A DNA stretch of 64,000 bases from Candidatus Thorarchaeota archaeon SMTZ1-45 (GCA_001563335.1 LRSL01000069.1:64001-128000); one strand, 5' to 3'. Counted from the first letter of the stretch, positions 21,110 to 30,653 are shown. The notes: generated by a model from the letters alone, not told the origin. Program-made: numbers and translations.

Positions 21110-21296
21110 TCACTTTCTGATTAAGTTGAGATAAAGCCCTTACTCTGTATCAACGAGGCAGAATGATTAATCCTATGCTTCATTTGAGTGATATGATTCT
21201 GTTGCCAGAGAATCTTTTAAAGCGCCGAAAAGGAATCATCACGAAACCTGTAGAATTGTAAGGTCATCATGACTACAATATTGGTGGGAACTACAA

Positions 21297-22241
21297 ATGG
21301 ATTTGGATCTATGGACTGAAAAATATCGACCTCCAACTTTAGGTGAGATTATTGGTCAGGTATCAGTGATTGAGAGCTTAAAGAAATTTGTAGAAACCAA
21401 GGCTGTACCTCACTGCTTGTTTGCAGGACCACCTGGGACAAGTAAAACTACTGCAGCAATGGCAATGGCTAGAGACCTCTTTGGAAACACATTTGGACGG
21501 AATTTTATGGAGCTAAATGCAAGTGATGAAAGAGGGATTGATGTTGTAAGAAATCAAATTAAGAATTTTGCAAGGACAATGCCATCAGGTGATGCACCGT
21601 TCAAAATTCTTGTTCTTGATGAGGCCGATCATCTTACTGCGGATGCTCAGCATGCTCTACGACGCACAATGGAATCTTATGCTGTTTCTTGTAGAATGAT
21701 TTTGATTTGTAATTATTCTAGTAGGATTATTCCACCTATTCAATCAAGATGTGCAATTTTTCGCTTTTCCAGACTTAGTAATGATGATATTGCAAGTAGA
21801 CTCAATTATATCGCCAAAGAGGAAGGAGTAAGACTTCTTTCTTCTGGCATTGAAGCTATTCTGTATCTTGCTGAGGGGGATATGAGAGCTGCCATCAATC
21901 TTCTTCAAGCTTCATCATCCACAGGTCAGAAAGTGACTGATGAGATTGTATATTCAATCTCTGGAAAAGCAAACCCAGAAACTGTAAGGAAGATGCTTAG
22001 CGATGCCAAAGAGGGAAAATATGATCAGTCTCTTGATAGTCTAAGGAGTCTAATCTATCAGCAGGGAGTTTCACCCGTGGACTTGGTGAAGCAGATGCAT
22101 CGTGAGATTGAGGATCTAAATCTTGATAGTCAAAAAAGATTGGATATACTGAACCAGACAGCTGAAATAGAGTTCCGCATGTCTGAAGGTGCAAATGGTG
22201 AGATTCAACTTTCCTCACTCTTAGCGCGTCTGGGATTGTGA
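21297..22241 (+). CDS. rfcS: replication factor C small subunit
   Basis: WTEKYRP, GPPGTSKT, ELNASDERG, LDEAD, SRC. Confidence 0.96.
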   Translation: MDLDLWTEKYRPPTLGEIIGQVSVIESLKKFVETKAVPHCLFAGPPGTSKTTAAMAMARDLFGNTFGRNFMELNASDERGIDVVRNQIKNFARTMPSGDAPFKILVLDEADHLTADAQHALRRTMESYAVSCRMILICNYSSRIIPPIQSRCAIFRFSRLSNDDIASRLNYIAKEEGVRLLSSGIEAILYLAEGDMRAAINLLQASSSTGQKVTDEIVYSISGKANPETVRKMLSDAKEGKYDQSLDSLRSLIYQQGVSPVDLVKQMHREIEDLNLDSQKRLDILNQTAEIEFRMSEGANGEIQLSSLLARLGL

Positions 22242-22261
22242 GTAAATGGTAGTGATTCTAA

Positions 22262-23482
22262 ATGATTGATGAAAACCTACCTTGGCCAGAAAAACATCGT
22301 CCAAAAACACTTGAAAGAGTGGTTGGGAATCATGAAACAATCCAGTCATTGAAAAACTGGATTGAATCATGGATATCAAAAATTCCAAACAGAAGAGCAG
22401 CTCTCTTAATCGGACCACCTGGAATAGGAAAAACTGCATCAATTGGAGCTATGGCAAACGATTTGGATATGGAACTTGTAGAATTCAATTCAAGTGATAA
22501 AAGGAACAAGGATAATATAGAAACATTAGTTTGGAGAGCTGCATCACAACAAACTCTCGATGGTAGACCTAGGCTTATTTTGTTGGATGAGGTGGATGGT
22601 CTCTCAGGAACTAGTGATAGAGGTGGAGTGGGAGCGATCTTGAAAGTAATCAAGGACACGGTCCATCCAATTGTTATGACCGCAAATGATCCAAGTAGTC
22701 CTCGTCTTAAAGATCTCATGAAGGTATGTCAAGTCTTCAGCTTTGAGCTCATACAGAATAGTGATATCGAGAAGATATTGAAACATATACTGTTGGAAAA
22801 CAATGTGGAAGTATCTAATGAAGTACTCAACGAGATAGTTGAAGGTTCGGGAGGAGACCTTCGTGCTGCAATTTCTGATTTAGAGTCTCAGGTGAGGAGT
22901 GGTTTAACATCTGTAGTAATTGAATCAGTTATCAGAGACTCAAAACGTGGTGACGAAGAAACTCTACGGCATTTGTTTGCTTCAGCGAGTTCGAAGGCTG
23001 CCAGAAAGGCATTATCTGAATCAGAGCTAAATCATGATTCATTGGTATTATGGCTAGAAGAAAATCTACATCTTCATCTCATGACTCCAAATGAACTAGA
23101 TGATGGATTCGAACAACTTTCTCTTGCAGATTTAACACTTGGAAGAATCATGGTAAATCAAAATTGGAAGCTACTTGCATATGTTTACGACTTCTTATCC
23201 ATGGGAGTAGCTATGAGCCGATCTGAAACGCCGTTCAAGCGTGTTAAATATTCACAGCCTTCATGGCCACTTTTAGTTTGGCAAGGTGAAAGAAAACGAG
23301 ATAAACAGGCTGATGTCATCTCGTCTCTATCTGAGGTGACAAGAGTTTCAAAGAGAAGAGTACGTCAAACCCACCTTGATAGCATTCGCGAGATTCTGAA
23401 GATAAATCCTAAAAGTCTGGCTGATTTCGCGAGTTGGTTGAATGTTGATAAGTCATCATTGGCCTTGAAAAGTGGTCGATGA
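22262..23482 (+). CDS. rfcL: replication factor C large subunit
   Basis: WPEKHRP, GPPGIGKT, EFNSSD, LDEVDG, GDLRAAI. Confidence 0.93.
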   Translation: MIDENLPWPEKHRPKTLERVVGNHETIQSLKNWIESWISKIPNRRAALLIGPPGIGKTASIGAMANDLDMELVEFNSSDKRNKDNIETLVWRAASQQTLDGRPRLILLDEVDGLSGTSDRGGVGAILKVIKDTVHPIVMTANDPSSPRLKDLMKVCQVFSFELIQNSDIEKILKHILLENNVEVSNEVLNEIVEGSGGDLRAAISDLESQVRSGLTSVVIESVIRDSKRGDEETLRHLFASASSKAARKALSESELNHDSLVLWLEENLHLHLMTPNELDDGFEQLSLADLTLGRIMVNQNWKLLAYVYDFLSMGVAMSRSETPFKRVKYSQPSWPLLVWQGERKRDKQADVISSLSEVTRVSKRRVRQTHLDSIREILKINPKSLADFASWLNVDKSSLALKSGR

Positions 23483-24272
23483 CATTACTTACTGTTCTAA
23501 TTGACCGTCTATATTGTTCGAGTTGATTGTATAGTTGTTTTTGGATTAGTCGAATTGCGTATTTGCTTGGCTTCATTTGGACTGGAACTATTGTTTCCAT
23601 AAGGACTAGGTTTTCTGGTGGAGCGGGTTGGATCCCACTTTTAAAGACTTGATGTCCTGAGAGAATATTCTCGATAGATTCAAGTTTGATTCTTTCAGCT
23701 CCAATTTCTGTGAGTAGTGTTACTATTTTACGTACTAGTTTCCAGAGAAATCGAGTTCCAAAGATATCCAAGAAATAACCATTGTTATGGAAACTAATTG
23801 ATATGTTCAGAATTGTTGTGGTAGTATTTCGACCACCATCAGGTTTTGCAAGTTCAAAGAAATCATTAGATCCGATTAATAGAGCTGCTGCTTTTTTGGA
23901 AATTTCAAGATTCAAATCAGTCCAAGATTTGTCAAGATAGTATCGATAGTGTCGCATCAATACACTGTGGCGTGGTGAAAAATTGGGAGGCGCTTTTGTA
24001 GATGCCCATAATATGATATCATCTGGAAGATAACGATTGATTTTGTCAATATTGAATTGATTCTCTGTAATGATCATAGCCAGTTGTCCAATACTATGAA
24101 CTCCTCTGTCAGTCCTTCCTGATAATTGGACTGTTTGAGTAGAGTGGGACTCTCTGCTCCAGCTTGTGAGAGCATCGATTAGTTCTCCTTGGACTGTCGC
24201 AAGACCTGGTTGATATTGCGAGCCATGATAATCGTCACCAAGATAAAACAAACGTGAGAGATAGTTCGTCAT
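23409..24272 (-). CDS. truA: tRNA pseudouridine(38-40) synthase
   Basis: YLGDDYHGSQYQ, GRTDRGVHS, RHYRY, FLWKLVR. Confidence 0.93.
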   Translation of the reverse strand: MTNYLSRLFYLGDDYHGSQYQPGLATVQGELIDALTSWSRESHSTQTVQLSGRTDRGVHSIGQLAMIITENQFNIDKINRYLPDDIILWASTKAPPNFSPRHSVLMRHYRYYLDKSWTDLNLEISKKAAALLIGSNDFFELAKPDGGRNTTTTILNISISFHNNGYFLDIFGTRFLWKLVRKIVTLLTEIGAERIKLESIENILSGHQVFKSGIQPAPPENLVLMETIVPVQMKPSKYAIRLIQKQLYNQLEQYRRSIRTVSNVIDHFSRPMMTYQHSTNSRNQPDF

Positions 24273-24287
24273 ATCGTAGATACCTCA

Positions 24288-24572
24288 TCATGACTCCCAG
24301 AGATTGAATAAACTTCTTAGTGAGCGTGCCCTAAGGTCTTCGATTTTGTATCGATATATTTTGATTCTACCAAATTTCTTCTCCTCTATGAGACCTGAGT
24401 TTAGTAACACTTCAAGATGTGATTTTGTAGAACTATGATTGAGGTCTACTCTTCTACAAAGCTCTGAGATATTTAACTCGTTAGAAACAGCAAGTTCCTT
24501 GAGTATCTTTATTCTTCCTCGTGATGAGAATATGTCTTCAATGGCAATTTTATGCGAATTTTCAGAATCCAT
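24288..24572 (-). CDS. winged-helix (ArsR-like) protein coupled to cdc6
   Basis: FSSRGRIKILKEL...LNISELCRR...HLEVL..GLIEEKKFGRIKIY; start overlaps the cdc6 stop. Confidence 0.85.
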   Translation of the reverse strand: MDSENSHKIAIEDIFSSRGRIKILKELAVSNELNISELCRRVDLNHSSTKSHLEVLLNSGLIEEKKFGRIKIYRYKIEDLRARSLRSLFNLWES

Positions 24573-25789
24573 TATTTTCTCATAGCCTCCTTGGATGTAT
24601 CGAGCAATCCCGAGAGAAATTGTTCCAACATCTCAGCTGGAACCTCAGAGAACCCAATAAGAGTGGTCTGACCTCTCTGGCCTGTCCCGGATTTCTTCGT
24701 ATCTATGATACCATGTGAATGGAGATCTTGAACCCATTCCCAAATTTGGGTATGTGCCCGTGGTTCTTGGTAATATTCTTCACATATTGAACGATACATG
24801 TCTTCAACTTCACCAATTGTAACATACGCACCACGAATCTCTCTAAGTTGCCTTGCTGCGGCTAATAACAGAAGTTTATGTTGAATAGGTAGTGTAGCAA
24901 AAATTTCCTTTCTGAGCTCAGGATGAGTATCAGCTTTGGCACGACGTGCATAATCAGGTATTACAATATCTGTTTGGTCGCTATCAGCGCATTTACCTGC
25001 GCGCCATAGGAGCTCTATGGCATAGCGTGCATCACCGTGTTCAGAAGCAATATCACAGATGACTTGGATTGTTTCATCCATTACAGCTTTCTTCTCAAAG
25101 GCCATTTCTACACGATCTCGGAGTATATCATAAAGCGCATCACGATTATATCTTGAAAAACGAAGGATATTGCGCTGAAGTGTACTACGTGTGCTAGAAT
25201 CAAGAATATCATCATCAAGAGGGATTTTGCGACCAATTCCTATAATTGAGAGTCGCTGAGTCGCATTTAATCTGTCATCCATAAGACGTGTAAGATCATA
25301 TAAAATGTCAGCACCTCTTTGTCTGATGAAATAATCAAGTTCATCCAGAATTAGGAGAAGATAGCGGTCCTCTTCATCGAGAACTTCGACTAGCATTTGA
25401 AGCAGTTCATCAGGAGAATGTCCACGCCTAGGAAATTTTGGTTTAAACTCTCTCAGTACTCGAAGAAAGACCAAGTATGATGTCTTATTAACACGGCAAT
25501 TAATGTGAATGTTATGAAGTCTGATATTCCTTCTTTTTGCAGCTTGAATCATCTGTTCAGAGAATCTTTTAGCTACAGCTGTCTTTCCTGTACCTACTGG
25601 TCCTTCAATGATGAATCTATTACTCGTGCGACCTGGTGAACTGATTAGAGTCTTGAAACTTTGAACAAGTGTCCGAATTTCTGATTGACGATGAGGAAGG
25701 CTTTCTGGTACATAATCAATTGATAAGAACTGTTCTGATTTGAATACGCTACGTCTACTGAGTTCATCTTCAACATAATCATGAGGCAT
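24572..25789 (-). CDS. cdc6: Cdc6/Orc1 replication initiator
   Basis: DYVPESLPHR, GPVGTGKT, INCR, LDELD, GDARYAI, C-terminal wHTH with GQRGQT wing. Confidence 0.95.
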   Translation of the reverse strand: MPHDYVEDELSRRSVFKSEQFLSIDYVPESLPHRQSEIRTLVQSFKTLISSPGRTSNRFIIEGPVGTGKTAVAKRFSEQMIQAAKRRNIRLHNIHINCRVNKTSYLVFLRVLREFKPKFPRRGHSPDELLQMLVEVLDEEDRYLLLILDELDYFIRQRGADILYDLTRLMDDRLNATQRLSIIGIGRKIPLDDDILDSSTRSTLQRNILRFSRYNRDALYDILRDRVEMAFEKKAVMDETIQVICDIASEHGDARYAIELLWRAGKCADSDQTDIVIPDYARRAKADTHPELRKEIFATLPIQHKLLLLAAARQLREIRGAYVTIGEVEDMYRSICEEYYQEPRAHTQIWEWVQDLHSHGIIDTKKSGTGQRGQTTLIGFSEVPAEMLEQFLSGLLDTSKEAMRK

Positions 25790-25881
25790 AACAGTCTAAA
25801 CGCCACTCTATTGATACACCTTAAAAGCGTTTGTAGAGCGTACGATTAAATGTATAGTAAAGGGGGAGGTTGCCGAAAGTA

Positions 25882-25958
25882 ATGGCGAGCTCCTAACTCA
25901 AGATCCATATCATTGTCATTTCTGACTCATAGGGGTCATAGCAATCATCGCTCGCCAT
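25882..25958 (-). ncRNA. putative C/D-like guide RNA or structured trailer fused to the tRNA-Gly fragment
   Basis: 9-bp terminal stem ATGGCGAGC/GCTCGCCAT, C-box-like GCGATGA, internal ATGA motifs, two segments antisense to tRNA anticodon loops; D boxes are degenerate. Confidence 0.45.
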
Positions 25959-26021
25959 GGATTTGAACCCGGCTTGGAAGCTTGGGAGGCTTCCGTCCTA
26001 ACCAGACTAGACCACGGTCGC
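25959..26021 (-). tRNA. tRNA-Gly(CCC), 5' portion only (to about position 62); 3' T-stem and acceptor strand missing
   Basis: GCGACCG TG GTCT AGTCTGGTT AGGAC G GAAGC CT CCC AA GCTTC CAAG CCGGG TTCAAAT CC, then unrelated sequence instead of CGGCGGTCGCA; TATA-like TTTTATCA upstream. Confidence 0.8.
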
Positions 26022-26129
26022 TTTGTGACTCACGAAATTAAATTTGATAAAAGAATATCGGAATTCTAATAGCTGTAAGAGTATACTTATCTTGAGTATA
26101 TTATTGAACGCTGATTGGGAATTATGTCT

Positions 26130-27254
26130 ATGTCCAACAGTAATGAAGAAGTTGAATTTTGGCAGGGGAATCAGGCTTGCGCAGAAGCTGCGATTTCTGC
26201 AGGTTGTAGGTTTTTTGCTGGATATCCTATAACACCTGCTTCTGAAATTGCTGAAATCATGTCAATTAAACTTCCGAAGATTGGAGGAGTATATCTTCAA
26301 ATGGAAGATGAGATTGCTGCGATTTCTGCAGTTATTGGTAGCTCATGGGGTGGTGTGTTATCAATGACTGCAACTTCAGGTCCTGGGTTTAGTCTAATGC
26401 AAGAAGGTATAGGATATGCCATTATGACAGAAACCCCTTGTGTTATAGTGGATGTTCAGAGAGCTGGTCCTAGTACAGGTCAAGCTACAAAAGCAGCACA
26501 AGGAGACTTTATGCAATCTCGATGGGGCACACATGGCGATTACGAAAGTATTGTACTTGCTCCTAATTCTGCACGAGAAACTTACGAACTCACATTAAAC
26601 TCGTTTAAACTATCTGAAAGATTACGGCATCCTGTAATTCTTTTATCAGACGAGATTGTGGCGCATTCGCGAGAAAGAGTTGTAATTGACAAGAGTGAGG
26701 ATAGTACGGTAAGAAGACGATATTCAAAGAGAGGAGATTTACCCTACGGAGTGGTTGATAGTGAGGGACATGCACTCATGCCAAGATTTGGTGATGGACA
26801 TGATTTACTCATAACTGGGTCTACTCATAATGAAAAGGGGTTACGAAAAACAGCAGACCCGGAGGTGCATGATAGATTAGTTCGCAGATTATCAACAAAG
26901 ATTCAGAACGCTCGTGGTTTATTGGAGGATTATCAAATTACAGGTCCTGCCAGAGCTAAATGGGGTGTTGTTTCATTTGGCTCTACATCTAGGGCAGTGA
27001 ATGAACTGATGGCAAATAACTCAGAGCCTACACTTCGATCTTTTCGACTTAGGACTTTGTGGCCCTTTCCGGACGATGCGATAAGAGAATTCGCCAAATC
27101 TGTTGATAAGCTAATGGTTCCAGAGCTGAGTCTTGGTCAATTATCAAGAGAAGTAGATCGGGTTGTGAAGGGAATGGTAGATGTTGTTCCATTGTACAAG
27201 ATTGGTGGAGGACTCATGATTGAACCAGATGAGATTCTTTCAGTGATATCATAG
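26130..27254 (+). CDS. korA: 2-oxoacid:ferredoxin oxidoreductase alpha subunit
   Basis: GNQACA, AGYPITPASE, QMEDE, TSGPG, QRAGPSTG. Confidence 0.92.
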   Translation: MSNSNEEVEFWQGNQACAEAAISAGCRFFAGYPITPASEIAEIMSIKLPKIGGVYLQMEDEIAAISAVIGSSWGGVLSMTATSGPGFSLMQEGIGYAIMTETPCVIVDVQRAGPSTGQATKAAQGDFMQSRWGTHGDYESIVLAPNSARETYELTLNSFKLSERLRHPVILLSDEIVAHSRERVVIDKSEDSTVRRRYSKRGDLPYGVVDSEGHALMPRFGDGHDLLITGSTHNEKGLRKTADPEVHDRLVRRLSTKIQNARGLLEDYQITGPARAKWGVVSFGSTSRAVNELMANNSEPTLRSFRLRTLWPFPDDAIREFAKSVDKLMVPELSLGQLSREVDRVVKGMVDVVPLYKIGGGLMIEPDEILSVIS

Positions 27255-28948
27255 TCTTGACTTTCTTCATTGATCGAGCATTTTGTAAATGAGTTGTTAT
27301 CACTTGTCGTAATCACGATTGTGATATTTGTGCGCATCCAGACTCTGATAGATATTGAAATATTAATGGTATTGAAAAATTGACTACTGATTATGAAAGT
27401 GATATTATGAAGACCTGGTGATATCCAAGGGGGAAGCAAAATCGCTTGAGGCGTACTTGAATTAATAATGTCAGTTATTGTAAAGGGGATAGATAAATTA
27501 TCACAGAATATTGTTACATTAGCCAAATATACTGTTTGATTATTATCATCCAAAAGTCCTAGATTGAATTCTAAAGTTTCGTCATAAAATGCGATTTCGT
27601 CTGATACGTTTGCAGTCATTGTTCCAGTAACAAGAATATTGATTTCAGGACTCACTACAAACTGATAGTATTCATTCAAATGAGATATGTATACAGTATG
27701 ATGTCCAACTGAAATACTGTGCCAGATTGGAATTGTGACAAAGCTGGGTACATTAGGTTGAACATCAAATCTTTGTTCAAATTGTAGTGATTCAGCAATG
27801 AATTGAAGTTCTATTGATTGGTTCCATTCAAGATATTGTTTAATTAGAAACTCTATCGTAATGTTCTGGCTTCTTATGACATTCCAATATGGCTGGATTG
27901 ATGAGAATTGTATTTGATTAGGTAGAACATCTATCACAGTTGTTGTATTTGCAGTTTGAAATTGAGAATTCATTGCTGTGAAATTAATATGATAAAGTCC
28001 TGGGCAGGTATTGAAAGGGATTGTACTTGAATATAGACCACTTCCTAGATTTGTCATTATTCCAGAACCGAATGTTGCAATCCATTGAATTGTACTATCA
28101 TTTATAGCTCTAGATTCTAGATCAGTATGTTCTACTATAATTTCAGCCTGTTCGAAATGTTCTCCGTCAGGTGATTGACAATATACCGAAGCTGGTGACG
28201 AAATTATTGTTAGATTAGATATTGAAGGAAGAACTGTGACTTGAAATAAGTCTGAAAAAGGAAGAAAGTCCTCAGTTCCGTAGCTGGAAACTGTTAGATT
28301 GTATAAACCAGGAGATCCTAGTGACTCACTCCAATTAAGTTGCAATATTCCTTCTGAGGTTGTGGTTGTGTTCTTTTGAAAAACAGTTTGAGAGTTTGAA
28401 TTCTTTACATGTAAGGTGACGGGTTCATTCGCGTAGAATATATTATTGCTGTATATACTTGTTATCTGTAGTGAGAGTGAAGTGTTCAGTCCATATTGAA
28501 CTGATAGGGGTGATAGTGGAATCGTGGTCAGATGACCTCTATTGATTATGATTTCGATATTATCACCAGCACTTTGATATACTGTGTCAAAGATTTCTAC
28601 AGAAAATAGAACAAAGGCCTGTACTCCAGTTTCGTTAGGAGAAGTATAATCTGGCATAATAGTATATGATGAATTTAGGTAACGGACTGTAGGAGATGGA
28701 GGAATGAAATACTCATCTGCAAAGGATGGTCCAGTATCAGTCACTATAGCAAATGAAGCATAGCACCATCCTTCATCGCTGAAATCAGCGGTAAGTTTTG
28801 CAACCATGTCAATTGTTTCTCCGACCTCGTAGACCAATTTATCTGTTTCAAAATATTGGAAATCAAAATAAAAAGCTGAAACTGGAATAGTAAAGCAAGT
28901 AAAAAAGAGGATAGAAATCGTGAGAAGTGCTGTTGGTTTTCGTGTCAT
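27137..28948 (-). CDS. secreted surface protein with Ig-like (beta-sandwich) repeats
   Basis: Signal peptide MTRKPTALLTISILFFTCFTIPVSA; repeats like TTTSEG..W..PGLYNLTVS; many NxS/T sequons. Confidence 0.72.
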   Translation of the reverse strand: MTRKPTALLTISILFFTCFTIPVSAFYFDFQYFETDKLVYEVGETIDMVAKLTADFSDEGWCYASFAIVTDTGPSFADEYFIPPSPTVRYLNSSYTIMPDYTSPNETGVQAFVLFSVEIFDTVYQSAGDNIEIIINRGHLTTIPLSPLSVQYGLNTSLSLQITSIYSNNIFYANEPVTLHVKNSNSQTVFQKNTTTTSEGILQLNWSESLGSPGLYNLTVSSYGTEDFLPFSDLFQVTVLPSISNLTIISSPASVYCQSPDGEHFEQAEIIVEHTDLESRAINDSTIQWIATFGSGIMTNLGSGLYSSTIPFNTCPGLYHINFTAMNSQFQTANTTTVIDVLPNQIQFSSIQPYWNVIRSQNITIEFLIKQYLEWNQSIELQFIAESLQFEQRFDVQPNVPSFVTIPIWHSISVGHHTVYISHLNEYYQFVVSPEINILVTGTMTANVSDEIAFYDETLEFNLGLLDDNNQTVYLANVTIFCDNLSIPFTITDIINSSTPQAILLPPWISPGLHNITFIISSQFFNTINISISIRVWMRTNITIVITTSDNNSFTKCSINEESQDYDITERISSGSIMSPPPILYNGTTSTIPFTTRSTSLDN

Positions 28949-29070
28949 CCAATTACACCGAAAGAGTGTCATTATCTTTCTTAAAAAACAGCACATGGAT
29001 TCAACGGTAGGTTTAATTCACAATGGCATGCCGTCAATTGTAGGTTTTAGTGGATAAAGGTGTATCATCC

Positions 29071-29436
29071 ATGGCGATTACGCTCAGGACTGCTGTCATA
29101 GATTCTGTTGAGGAAACTGAAACTAGAAGATTAAAACTGCTAAAGGTGTCTTCGAAAAGTGATGGTGCGATGCTCACATTGGAACTACCTGATGCACTAT
29201 CAGACACACTAAACACAAGTGATTCAATCACAGTTGTTATTGATTCCAAACCTATTACGAAAGGTGAACAAGCAAAACTCTACATTGAAGGTAGTGTTTT
29301 CAAGAAATCAGAGAAAAATGGTCTAGAAGTCGTTGGATCAGTAGGTGGATTACGATTAGTCTTTTCACTTACAAAATCTACTCCAAGCCAAAGCAATGTT
29401 TTCAGCTCAGAGAAGTTCTTCCTTGCAATAATGTAG
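29071..29436 (+). CDS. rpo8: DNA-directed RNA polymerase subunit Rpo8 (Rpb8/RpoG homolog)
   Basis: About 120-aa OB-fold size with LYIEGSVFK...GSVGGLRL, matching the Rpb8 YxMxGxVYK...SFGGLL signature. Confidence 0.7.
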   Translation: MAITLRTAVIDSVEETETRRLKLLKVSSKSDGAMLTLELPDALSDTLNTSDSITVVIDSKPITKGEQAKLYIEGSVFKKSEKNGLEVVGSVGGLRLVFSLTKSTPSQSNVFSSEKFFLAIM

Positions 29437-29609
29437 AACCTTAGTCAAGGAGCCTATACTTGATTACTTTCGGCCATCTCTCTTTCTGACCGGACTGTCA
29501 AAGACTGTTTAATGTCAGGCACAGTTTGCTTGGATAGACAAGTGTTCTCTGGGAGTATATGTTTAGTATCTGAAACCTAGTTAGGAGTAATTGTGCACAC
29601 TCTCAATGG

Positions 29610-30653
29610 GTGTGGTTTTTGACTGATGGAACATGTGAATCTCGTTTAACAGATTCGAAATCTTGTCCTGATTGTAGTGGTTTTCTAGTCACTAGTCATG
29701 GACATATAGTGTGTGCTGAATGTGGTTTAGTACTCTCAAGAGAGTATGTTTTACCTACATACCAGATGGGAGAAAGACCTAGTAGTGACACTCCTGATGC
29801 AAGTATGTATGTATCCTTGGGAAATCGAATGCATATTGTAGATGGTCTTGGTAGTTACATAGGCTTTCACAAAGACAAGTATTTTCAAGACGCTCAAGGA
29901 CAGGCATTGTCTGGAAGAATGCAAAAGAAGTTCAAGCGTTTGAAAACGATATATAGTACTAGAATAAGAATTGGTAAAAATGAGGCAAAGTATAGAGCTT
30001 TGCGAACCCTCAATCATGTATCGAAACTTCTTATGATTAATGAGCAAGTTCGTGATCGAACTGCATATCTATACAAGAAAGTAGTGAACGAAACCTCAGG
30101 GAATGTTAGTAATAACATTCTATTGGTAGCAGTCTGTCTTCTTATGGCTGTAAGGGAGTTTAAAGATGAAGCTCCAATAACACTTGATGAGATTGCTGAT
30201 GTATTTGAAAAATGTGGGCACCGAGTCAATGTAAGAGCAATTGTACGGGAAGCCCTTAGGCTCAAATCACTTACAGGTTACTCGCCTGAAATACGGAAGC
30301 CAGAAGACTATGTTCCGAGGGTTATTTCTATGTTGATGAATAATCCAAAAGTGGTCAATAAGGTCCAATCAAGAGGTTGGAAGATAAAGGACTATGAGAA
30401 TGCTCTCAGAAACAAAATACTAGACGTTCTCAAGATAATTCCTTCTTCAAAGCGAGGCGGAAGAAACCCCTTCATATTTACGGTTTCAGCAGCCTATGCT
30501 AGCGATCGGTTGATCGCTGTGGAGTATGGAAAACGAGCAGTTCTAACTCAGAAGCTTGCCTCGACTGCAACAGAGGTGGCTGAGTACAGTATTAGAGACC
30601 ATTTTGGTATGATGAAAAGAGTCATCGAGTTGTCGCATGCAAGTATCCATTGA
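29610..30653 (+). CDS. divergent transcription initiation factor TFB/TFIIB paralog
   Basis: Zn ribbon CPDC..CAECGLV, two cyclin-like repeats (ITLDEIA, PEDYVPR, GGRNP, TQK...VAEYSIR). Confidence 0.82.
   Translation: MWFLTDGTCESRLTDSKSCPDCSGFLVTSHGHIVCAECGLVLSREYVLPTYQMGERPSSDTPDASMYVSLGNRMHIVDGLGSYIGFHKDKYFQDAQGQALSGRMQKKFKRLKTIYSTRIRIGKNEAKYRALRTLNHVSKLLMINEQVRDRTAYLYKKVVNETSGNVSNNILLVAVCLLMAVREFKDEAPITLDEIADVFEKCGHRVNVRAIVREALRLKSLTGYSPEIRKPEDYVPRVISMLMNNPKVVNKVQSRGWKIKDYENALRNKILDVLKIIPSSKRGGRNPFIFTVSAAYASDRLIAVEYGKRAVLTQKLASTATEVAEYSIRDHFGMMKRVIELSHASIH

Noticed and set aside
18365-25789. Inteins in MCM, RFC or Cdc6
   Set aside because: Proteins are normal length with contiguous Walker motifs
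25790-25870. Origin immediately upstream of cdc6
   Set aside because: Only a G-run (AAAGGGGG) is present, without the TTCCA-TGGAAA ORB core or an AT-rich DUE
29470-29545. Short complementary segments (CTGAC/GTCAG, AGACTGT/ACAGTTT) upstream of the TFB paralog
   Set aside because: Helices are too short to distinguish from chance without covariation data
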